Shown piece by piece: positions 13,455 to 23,284 of a stretch of DNA of 32,201 bases. The stretch is from contig NC_068981.1 of NCBI RefSeq assembly GCF_001194135.2, positions 45,416,069 to 45,448,269 on the forward strand, written 5' to 3'. A program made the position numbers and the translations under genes. The DNA is from Octopus bimaculoides. Lineage: Eukaryota. How positions within the stretch are numbered: the first letter of the stretch is position 1; the number at the start of each line of letters is the position of its first letter. The notes beneath the pieces were generated by a model. The model searched no databases. It saw only the letters and a program-made list of their open reading frames with translations, and was not told the DNA's origin.

Positions 13455-13834
13455 GTTGCTGTTGGCACTTCGTCGCTTATAACGTCAGTGGTTCCAATCA
13501 ATGGAACAGCCTGCTCGTGAAATTATCGTGCAAGTGGCTGAGCGCTCCACAGACACGTGTACACTTAACGTAGTTATCGGGGATATTCAGCGTGACACAG
13601 TGTGACAAGGCTGACCCTTTGAATTACAGGCACAGCAGAAACAGGAAGCAAGAGTGAGAGAAAATTGTGGTGGAAGAATACGGCAGGGTTCACCCCCCCC
13701 CCCCCTGCAGGATTCTCGTGGAGCATTAGGTGTTTTCACTCAATAAACATTCACAACGCCCGGTCTGGGAATCGAAACCACGATCCTCTGACCGCGAGTC
13801 CACTGCCCTAACCAGTGGGCCATTGCGCCTCCAC
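13455..13834 (-). mobile_element. tRNA-derived SINE, full length, copy 2 of an inverted pair
   Basis: Reverse complement of 11789-12164 with 3 transitions and G13 instead of G9 (manual alignment). Confidence 0.92.
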
Positions 13835-14108
13835 ATCTGGAACATATTGAATATCATACATAGATGCATACATACATACATATATACATTTATACGTATA
13901 TAAGTGCATGAATTTATTTATGTATAGATAGATAGAGAAAGAATAAGAGTGAGAAGGTCAGCTGTTTTATATACATACACATGTGCGTGTATACTCATGA
14001 TATATTCATCTACTCATTTCATCTTTATTTATTATTAGCATATCTTATGTGTGTATAAATATATGTGTGTGTGAGTGTGCGCGCATATGCGTATCTGTAT
14101 GTGTGTGC

Positions 14109-14158
<50 letters not shown>

Positions 14159-14354
14159 NNNNNNNNNNNNNNNNNTATAAATATACATATATATTTACAC
14201 ACACACACATATAATATATATATATATATATATGAATTAAAAAGAAAAACGAGAAGCCGGATCACTAGGATGCTTGTATCCCTTAAGGGAATATAGTTCC
14301 TTGTCTTAATAATACATGTTTATACACACACACACACACACGCCCACACACATA

Positions 14355-14393
<39 letters not shown>

Positions 14394-15296
14394 TTTCATA
14401 TATATGTATGCATACACACAATATATGCTTATCTGCACGTATGTTTACATATACAAAAATGTATGCCGACAGACATACAGATGTATGTGTGTATGAGTGT
14501 ATATATTTGGATGTATGGAAAACTTCTTGGACATTACAGATTCGGAATTTTAGATGAGGGGTACAGTGTTTCAAACTTATTTCTGTACCATAAAATGGTA
14601 TGCTTGTACTTGCCCCGTGAAATGCATATAACTGTTATAGATTGTCTGTTATATATTGTAAAATGGAGTAGAATAGTAACTTTTGTAGAAAAATACAATC
14701 TAGGAATTTTCGTCTGAAAAATACCTATATTAAATAGGTCTTGATGAAAAGAACTCTATTATAGGAAACTGCACACTCTATTTACTGTGTTTTCTACTCG
14801 AGTAACCCCCGTATGAGTTAACATAGCACAAATTCCTATTGAATTCACTATCTTCGTTGTCTGTCATGTAGTATGATCGGTAAGCAATAGTTCAGTAATT
14901 AAGACCTGGTCTCCTGTGTATTAATTGAAAATGCTGAGAATTTCAGCACCTTCAGAAAAGATTTCAACACATTACCGAACGAGTTTGATGTAATATATTC
15001 TAACAAAGGCTACATCAGAGGCTTCCACTTTGCATCAATAGACACACACAAATTCTCTCTCTCTGTCTATCTCCCTCCTCTTCCACTTTTTCTCTCTCTC
15101 TCTCACACACACTCACCTATATACATCTATCCGTGTGTGTGTGTGCGTGTGTGTTTGCGTGAGAATGTAGAGATAAATGTATGAATATTTGTGGACGATC
15201 CTTCACAAATTTGATTCTATTACAAAGTTAGTGCCCATATTCAAAAGTGCACCAAGATAGAGAAGCCAGATTGCAAGGAATATTTTGCATTTTACA

Positions 15297-15390
15297 CTTT
15301 ATTTGTTTCAGTCCTTTGACTGCAGTATTTCAGGATCAGCGCATTAAAGATATTCACAATCACAGATATACACAATCACACGCACGCACG

Positions 15391-15433
<43 letters not shown>

Positions 15434-15443
15434 NNNNNNNNNN

Positions 15444-15488
<45 letters not shown>

Positions 15489-15682
15489 ACACACATATGT
15501 ATGTGTGTGTATATGTATATACATATATATATATATGTACGACAAGCTTCGTTTAGTTTCCGCCTACCTGACTAGGCTCTGGCCGGCACGAGGATAGCCT
15601 TGACGGCACTTGCCCAAGTTACCACGCAGTAGAAGTGAACCCGGCTGGGAGTCAATCTTCGACCATACAGCCACGCTTGCAC
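15297..15682 (-). mobile_element. OR-like SINE, degraded, spanning a (CA)n tract and a small gap
   Basis: Minus strand of 15538-15682 gives the head and GGTAACTTGGGCAAGTG core; 15297-15345 matches the family 3' tail. Confidence 0.65.
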
Positions 15683-15764
15683 CATTGCCATAGACAATAT
15701 TGTAAAACATTTTGGCATTCTTGTAACAACATACTTTTTTTCAGCATATTTCACCAAACTGCTG

Positions 15765-15935
15765 TGTGAAATGTTTAGTGGTATTTTGCTCGTCGCTACT
15801 CAAATTCCACTGAGGTCGACCTTGCCTTTCATCATTTCGGGGGTCGATAAATTAAGTACATGTGGCGTACTGGAGTCGATCCAATCGACTGGCCCATTTC
15901 CCCAAAATTTGGGGCCTTTTGCCTAGAGTAGAAAG
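15765..15935 (+). mobile_element. SINE of a further octopus-type family, internally deleted
   Basis: CAAATTCCACTGAGGTCGACCTTGCCTTTCATC...GGGGTCGATAAATTAAGTAC...CCCAAAATTTGGGGCC matches a remembered cephalopod SINE; a tail fragment also lies near 4290-4310. Confidence 0.65.
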
Positions 15936-16394
15936 GTATATATTTCACCAAACTATCTTACACATTTCAAAACTGTATTTAAGGTGTTAAAATACGATTT
16001 CGATCTTCGGAAAGATTTGTAAATTTAAGACCTGACATTGTAAATCAAATATTTTTCTAACTCTCAATAGAGAACTTTAACATGCAGTCGCTGCTAACTT
16101 TGTGACACATAGAAAAGACGTGCAGGTCAAATTGACATATTTTCTTCTGCATTGAATGACTTTTGTCTAACAAGCAATTTAAAAAGTTGATGTTTGCGTC
16201 GGCATCCACTGAACACTTTATGGAGCCTACAGTTTCCGTGAAAAACGCAATTCTGAGAATGCTGGACATATTTGACCTGCTTGGGAAGTGCCCTCTCTAG
16301 AGATGACAGCTAAGATTTTTAAACTTTATCTTGAGATTCCCTTGTTATAAATGCAGGAAATCTTTACGAATAAAATGGATATAGCATAAAGTAA

Positions 16395-16865
16395 ATGTTC
16401 TGAGGCATTGACTTGAAGCAGTTTCTTTCCTAAGCACGTGGTTCCGGTTTCAATCTCATTCAGTGGCGCCTTGTGCAAGTGTTTTCTTCTATAGCTTCGG
16501 GCCAACTACAGAATTGCAAGTGGATTTAGTATACAGAAACTGAAACACACCCGTCTCTCACACCCTTTCACTCTCTCTGTACATATATATACGTGTGTGT
16601 GTGCGTGTGTGTGTGTGTGTGTGCGCGCGCGCGTGTGGGTATGCATTTAAGCATGTATGTATGCGTGGGTAGGTGTCTGTGTCTGTGTATGTCACCATCA
16701 CTGCTTGTCAACCAGTGTTGGCGTGTTTACTTTCTCATCATTCCGCAACTTAGCGATTCGACAAAAGAACCCCGATAGAATACTTACAGCGGCAGATTTG
16801 TTCGAGTAAGATTCTTCTAAGCAATGCCCCAGGATGTTCGAATTCTAATGACTAGACAAAAGATA
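16395..16865 (+). mobile_element. OR-like SINE, degraded, with expanded internal microsatellite
   Basis: GGTTCCGGTTTCAA head, GGCGCCTTGTGCAAGTGTTTTCTTCTATAGC core and GATTTGTTCGAG tail, colinear with 4721-5122. Confidence 0.7.
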
Positions 16866-17392
16866 CCTGGTATGCATGTATGTAAAGATTGATGAAAATT
16901 GTTAAAATGCGTCATTGATATCTATGAACAATATATATCTAGAATATTTTAATAACATTTTAACCTTCAATTTTCAAGTATTCGAAGAGAATACTTGGTA
17001 CAAATGTAGCATTAGGAGATATTGCAACTCACTTGTTATTCATACTCCCAAATATACTATTCCTTGTAAATAATTTATTTTCAGATATTTTCAACAATAT
17101 TCTGTTTATGGTGTATAATATTTCCATTTTTACTGATCTAAGATTTAAACTTTCTTTAAACCATCCCTTTTTCACACGATAATCAATCGTCCAATAGTTT
17201 TAGTCATAACAATTTATTGTTCATTCTATGGCATCTACAATGTGATTGCAGTAGTATAAGAAAATTAATTTGTAAGATTATTAAATATGAAATTTAAGAA
17301 ACCTGGATTAATGATTTTTGAAGTGTCAGTATAAATATGCAACCCTATCAGAAACAATCTTTACCACCATCTGGATTTCACAACCTGAGTGC

Positions 17393-17441
<49 letters not shown>

Positions 17442-17509
17442 CGCGTGCATGTAGGTAAGCATCGCTCCACACCAACCACATAGTTATGTAAATATATATG
17501 CACACAATC

Positions 17510-17551
17510 ATACTTATGGTCAAAAACACACTCACACACACAGTCACAAAG

Positions 17552-17609
<58 letters not shown>

Positions 17610-17651
17610 CTTTGTGAATGTGTGTGTGAGTGTGTATTTGACCATAAGTAT
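17510..17651. repeat. 142 bp spacerless palindrome centred on (TA)24
   Basis: 17510-17556 is the reverse complement of 17605-17651 with 2 mismatches; centre 17557-17604 is (TA)24. Confidence 0.95.
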
Positions 17652-18698
17652 TGTTCGCTCTATACGGTAGAACTATACTACATACTCTTCTCCAAGGATA
17701 AATTGATCAACAAAGTAAAGAATAATGCTCTGAAATGTTCGCATATCATAAGAAGTACGTTTCGTTGGTATAAATGATTTTAAGATGTGAGGAAGTACAA
17801 CATGATGCCTCATGCATGTTTGTGTATGTGTAATTATGCATGTATGGATGAGTGCATATAAGTGTGTGTGTGTATATATGTATGGGTGTGTGAGTGTATG
17901 CATATATATATATGTATATGTACATGTATGTATATGTATATGTATGGGTGTATGTATTTGTATATATATGTGTATGTATGTATATATGGATATGTATACG
18001 GGTAAAGTGTATGTATGTATATATGTATATGCATACGGGTAAAGGAACGGGTAATATAGTATAGGACAACGCAATTAATGGTTTGATCCCCAAATACAAT
18101 GTAACTAAGTGACCCTACCAAATTAAGGTTAGATATGAAATAAAAGTAAGAACTGAGAACAAAATAAATAACTACGCATTTAGTAGGAACAGATGAGGGT
18201 CAAGTTTTTATATGAAAACCATAGAAAAAAAATGATAATAGCAAAGAATGATAAAATATCAAAATATTAATAATTTTTTTTTTAGTGAAGGGGCTTTAAT
18301 GATTCCTAGGAGGTTTGATGGCTGAACTGAGATCTCTATTAGCAAAGAAAAGAGACTTAATAATAATAATATAAAATGGAATAATAAACAGATGAACCCT
18401 CTAGGGGCAATGAATATAGTCGACATATAGGGGATAATAGATAAGAATTAAAAAGTTAATAACTAAATTAATAGATAAATAAATAAATAAATAAATGAAA
18501 AAGTAAACAAATAAATTAAATAAATTGATCTAGTGGCAATTCACAGGAGAGCAATAAAAAAAAATAAGGAGTTACCTCCCCTATAATAACAGAAAAATGT
18601 TGAACTCTAACGGGATTTTAATAATTTAATAATTTAATAATTTAATAATTTAATATGATCGTTATGTATGTGTTTTTTCTTGCTTTGTTCCGATGGTA

Positions 18699-18784
18699 GC
18701 CATTCCTGAAGAAGTGCCAAATGTCGAAATCCAATGGACCAGTCACTGGATAAGTTTGGCACAGAAATGTTGACATAGAGTGGT
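18699..18784 (+). ncRNA. Type I hammerhead ribozyme motif (PLE-type)
   Basis: Stem I GCCATTC/GAGTGGT (7 bp, 2 GU); core CTGAAGA; stem II GTGCCAAA/TTTGGCAC (8 bp) with an A.A mismatch at 10.1-11.1; GAAA; stem III ATGT-TG-ACAT; H17=A (18777). Confidence 0.7.
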
Positions 18785-20065
18785 GAATAAATCGATCTTG
18801 GATATATCGAGTTTGAAGTTTCGGTCTCTTTTAAATACACACATTTAAAGGTTAAATACCTATATNNNNNNNNNNNNNNNNNNNNNNNNNNNNNNNNNNN
18901 NNNNNNNNNNNNNNNNNNNNNNNNNNNNNNNNNNNNNNNNNNNNNNNNNNNNNNNNNNNNNNNNNNNNNNNNNNNNNNNNNNNNNNNNNNNNNNNNNNNN
19001 NNNNNNNNNNNNNNNNNNNNNNNNNNNNNNNNNNNNNNNNNNNNNNNNNNNNNNNNNNNNNNNNNNNNNNNNNNNNNNNNNNNNNNNNNNNNNNNNNNNN
19101 NNNNNNNNNNNNNNNNNNNNNNNNNNNNNNNNNNNNNNNNNNNNNNNNNNNNNNNNNNNNNNNNNNNNNNNNNNNNNNNNNNNNNNNNNNNNNNNNNNNN
19201 NNNNNNNNNNNNNNNNNNNNNNNNNNNNNNNNNNNNNNNNNNNNNNNNNNNNNNNNNNNNNNNNNNNNNNNNNNNNNNNNNNNNNNNNNNNNNNNNNNNN
19301 NNNNNNNNNNNNNNNNNNNNNNNNNNNNNNNNNNNNNNNNNNNNNNNNNNNNNNNNNNNNNNNNNNNNNNNNNNNNNNNNNNNNNNNNNNNNNNNNNNNN
19401 NNNNNNNNNNNNNNNNNNNNNNNNNNNNNNNNNNNNNNNNNNNNNNNNNNNNNNNNNNNNNNNNNNNNNNNNTATATATATATATATATTAATAAATAAA
19501 CAACAGGTTGTACGAAGCGCCGCATGGATATATCAATGGTAGGCCAGACAGAACAAAACAAGCGGAAATAAACAAAACACAACACGCAGAAAAATAGACG
19601 ATAGCATAACAAACGGTAAACAGGACAAAACAAGATACACGGATCATTCACAGTCGATTTCGTCTTCAGTTGGTGTCAGGAAAGTCCTTGTAACTTCGCG
19701 CTCCTTTATCTCCGAGACTACTCAAATCCGGCGAGCGCCAGGGACTTAAATTGAAGGCAAATTAGTGTATATAAGGATGAAAACAAGAGCGGAAACTAAA
19801 CCGAAACAGCTAGAAACATACAAATAAAATAGAAAGCCTTTCGGCTATACAACACAAGGAGGAAAAATTGTAAACAAGTAAACTGGAAAAAAAATAACAG
19901 AAAGGTTCTTTTGACCATCGGACAAACGGAACGCTATGAAATAATAGTGCTAGTGAAACAGAATAAAAAAAAAAAGATTATACATATACAACGAACAAAC
20001 GCCTTTCGGCTATGCAGCAAAAGCGAGATGATTGTTCAATTGCAACATGAATAAATAACAAAAGG

Positions 20066-20101
<36 letters not shown>

Positions 20102-20170
20102 ACATGTATGTTTGTATGCTTATATGTATGTTTGTATGCTTATATGTATGTATGTATGTATGTATTAGGT

Positions 20171-20235
20171 GTAGGTGTGTCTGTGTGGTAAGTAGCTTGC
20201 TTACCAACCACGTGGTTTCGGGTTCCGTCCCACTG
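20171..20235 (+). mobile_element. Isolated tRNA-like head of the OR-like SINE
   Basis: CTGTGTGGTAAGTAGCTTGCTTACCAACCACGTGGTTTCGGGTTCCGTCCCACTGC; 3' part absent. Confidence 0.7.
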
Positions 20236-20791
20236 CAAAACAATGGATGTGGAAATTTAGTAGCTAATACAAGATATACAAGATATCCTGAACAGTTTTC
20301 TCCCAGTTTTCGGTTTCAGTATACCATTCCATGAAGTTATCTTTCAAATCATCTTTGCACCATTTTTTTCGCCTTCCTCTTCTCCGACGAATTCTATATT
20401 AAGATTCACCTACTATATATGCACGTGTTTGTTTGTGAATAAAATATCTGTGATTGTGTACACAAGTGTCTCCCAAGCCATTTTCTTCTGAAACCATAAT
20501 GTGGTTTTGTATTGCATCAGAATTGATGTGGTGTATGAAACCCTAATTTATTTGATAGGATACGTGTTGATACAAACATTGTGGCTGCATGTTGTTACAC
20601 CACTTGCTGGAGGAACAAATACTGTGTTATAAATAGCATATATATCTATGAAAGCCAGGTAGTATACGTGTGTGTTTGTGTGTGTGTGTGTATGTGTGTC
20701 TGCGTGTGTGTGTTTGTGTGTGTGCGTGTGTCTGTACGTGAATGTAATTTATGCACGTCCACAAATTAGCACGCATGTGGCTCCAATTTTA

Positions 20792-21058
20792 GGAGGTTAT
20801 TGGTAACGACCATGGTTATGTTTTTGTCAACTTATCTTTTCCAAGATACCCGCGGATAGCGGTAAAAAAATCAATTTTCAACCATAACTTTTATCAATTT
20901 GCACCTCTGTGAAGCCCGTAAGTTTGCTAACATGATTTAAGTCCGCTATCTAGCAATGGCGAAAAAAGAAAAACAAAGGCTAATTTTTTAGATCAACACA
21001 CGCACGATTTTCACTAAGAAAAAAAAAACTTTGCGTGGTATCAAGTACACTGACCTCC
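20792..21058. mobile_element. Possible MITE with short degenerate TIRs and TA flanks
   Basis: TA|GGAGGT...ACCTCC|TA with patchy TIR similarity over ~25 bp; shares a TTTTCAAC.ATAA.TTT motif with ~23418-23440. Confidence 0.35.
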
Positions 21059-21276
21059 TAATAGGTTGCAAATCCCTTATCTTGGTTCGGAAAAGAGGGG
21101 GTAGGGTGAGGGAAGGGACACCCCCATCCCGGAATCATTGGATTTTTTTTTTGTTTAATGAATTCCTGTGATCTCCTTCGTTTGTTTGTGTTCGATCATT
21201 GTAATTTGAATTTAACATATGATAGCGTCTCATAAAGCGTCTATACATCTTAAATTTGCAGAAAAAAGCTGTGGTG

Positions 21277-21354
21277 GGGCAGTTTAGCTTAATTGGTCGA
21301 GAGCACCGCGGCGCGTAATCACCGAGGTGAGATTTCGAGTATCATGGCTGGCCG
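21277..21354 (+). pseudogene. Degenerate tRNA (pseudogene or orphan SINE head), loosely Ile(AAU)-like
   Basis: Acceptor stem GGGCAGT/GCTGGCC pairs 6 of 7; D-arm TAGCTT..TGG..GAGC; TTCGA T-loop with broken B-box; anticodon arm CGGCG/CACCG with a 6-nt loop; T5 terminator at 21362-21366. Confidence 0.55.
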
Positions 21355-21658
21355 CATACACTTTTTCTGCAAAATAGGGGTAGTTCATGATGTTCAGGCT
21401 ATATATATATATATATNNNNNNNNNNNNNNNNNNNNNNNNNNNNNNNNNNNNNNNNNNNNNNNNNNNNNNNNNNNNNNNNNNNNNNNNNNNNNNNNNNNN
21501 NNNNNNNNNNNNNNNNNNNNNNNNNNNNNNNNNNNNNNNNNNNNNNNNNNNNNNNNNNNNNNNNNNNNNNNNNNNATATATCAATTTTAAATAGAGCTCA
21601 AAATTGATCCGTTGAAAATACTTTATTGCAACAACAATAACAATAATAATAACAAATA

Positions 21659-21767
21659 AATAGACCTATGTACATTTCGATAGAACATCCAGAATGATTA
21701 ATACATATCATAAAATATTATAAAATATTATAATATATAGGATACTCCATCTCCTCAGGGTCCTATT
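21659..21767 (-). ncRNA. Type I hammerhead ribozyme motif (PLE-type)
   Basis: Minus strand: stem I AATAG(G)ACC/GGTCTATT (8 bp, 1 bulge); core CTGAGGA; stem II GATGGAGTATCC/GGATGTTCTATC (12 bp, 3 GU) closing a 49-nt AT loop; GAAA; palindromic stem III ATGTACAT; H17=A. Confidence 0.85.
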
Positions 21768-22081
21768 CTTATTGCTATCATCACCATCATTATTATTAGC
21801 AATACACATCCAAAGAAAACAGAAACCATAGTGGACCCATGAAAATATACAAAACAGGAAGAAAAAGTAATAGATGGCACACAACTTTCCATCCCAAATG
21901 TGCAATGAACGAGCAAACGGTAAATTTCCTCAAAACTAAACCTAAAAATTTTATATCATAATTTCATTTACTGTTCAAAAAAGAGTAATAATCATCAAAA
22001 TAAATACCAAATTTAATAAATAAATAAATAAATAAAGAATGTAAGAAAGAAAGAAAGAAAGAAAGAAATGATGCCTAAATG

Positions 22082-22364
22082 AGGGTTCTTTCTAATGTGC
22101 TTCTTCATTTTAATGTTCCTTACTACAGTCCAAAGCTCTTCTTCAAAATTATCCAGCCTAGGGTTGTATGGTGGGTTACTTCTTGATCTGAAAAGTCTTT
22201 TATATTGTGAATTAACATCCGTGTTTATGATTGCTTGTTCTCCTTTATCGAAAAAAATAAGCCTTCTATCTTATTCTGTTGATGAATGAATGTGTCTTAC
22301 CAATCTCTTGCTTTATAAATACGCTCCTGGGTGGTATTGGAATATCTTTCAAGGATGCATTATA
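22082..22364 (-). pseudogene. Penelope-like retroelement ORF N-terminal remnant (one stop, one frameshift)
   Basis: YNASLKDIPIPPRSVFIKQEIGKTHSFINRIR*KAYFF/DKGEQ...FRSRSNPPYNPRLDNFEEELWTVVRNIKMKK resembles the remembered PLE N-terminal pattern SLKNIPIP...RMRWKA.FF...F.S...PP....L..FE.DL...V..I.F; no RT or GIY-YIG visible. Confidence 0.65.
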
Positions 22365-22819
22365 TATANNNNNNNNNNNNNNNNNNNNNNNNNNNNNNNN
22401 NNNNNNNNNNNNNNNNNNNNNNNNNNNNNNNNNNNNNNNNNNNNNNNNNNNNNNNNNNNNNNNNNNNNNNNNNNNNNNNNNNNNNNNNNNNNNNNNNNNN
22501 NNNNNNNNNNNNNNNNNNNNNNNNNNNNNNNNNNNNNNNNNNNNNNNNNNNNNNNNNNNNNNNNNNNNNNNNNNNNNNNNNNNNNNNNNNNNNNNNNNNN
22601 NNNNNNNNNNNNNNNNNNNNNNNNNNNNNNNNNNNNNNNNNNNNNNNNNNNNNNNNNNNNNNNNNNNNNNNNNNNNNNNNNNNNNNNNNNNNNNNNNNNN
22701 NNNNNNNNNNNNNNNNNNNNNNNNNNNNNNNNNNNNNNNNNNNNNNNNNNNNNNNNNNNNNNNNNNNNNNNNNNNNNNNNNNNNNNNNNNNNNNNNNNNN
22801 NNTATATACATATATATAT

Positions 22820-22861
<42 letters not shown>

Positions 22862-23284
22862 CATCGCGTGAAACCATTCGATGCAGCCTTCCCCAATGCA
22901 TATCTTCCATAGAGCCTTGACCAATATACCCCAAAGAGGGATTAGGAGAAGATCGGGACTAGTCACTGCTTTTTCAAGGCTTCCAGGCCCACATTTGCTA
23001 GGTTACCTTAGGGTTAGTTTAAAGCTTAATTGTGATCCGAACTTAACCTCCTCTAACACAAATGACCGAGAGCCCTTTTGGGCGTTCTATTTTCTTTGCT
23101 GGAAGGGCTCCAAACCCATGATCCAAGGGGGTTAGATGTTGAGTGTGGTTTCGGAAGGGCCGGCACGTGCAACCTGATCACCCCTGCATGTTAAACTCCC
23201 AGCCCATGCGTTCCCGCAGAAATGTGTTGTGTGTGAAAACTAACTTTAAGTTATAAATATAGATTTTTCGAATCAGCAATGTTG

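Noticed and set aside
14905-15060. ~50-codon open frame ENAENFSTFRKDFNTLPNEFDVIYSNKGYIRGFHF
   Set aside because: No start, no good donor, runs into a CT repeat; length compatible with chance.
17722-17750. GAAATG-TTCG-CATA, resembling hammerhead stem III
   Set aside because: No CTGANGA core or paired stems I/II upstream.
18706-18742. Alternative short hammerhead fold using GAAA at 18726
   Set aside because: Stem II is unpaired and position 16.1 is C; the fold using GAAA at 18764 is far better.
19640-19680. Minus-strand CTGAAGA-C-GAAA-TCGA..TGATC
   Set aside because: Only one base between the core halves, so no stem II is possible, and stem I is poor.
23005-23020. TTAGGGTTAG telomere-like motif
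   Set aside because: Fewer than two units; not an interstitial telomeric array.
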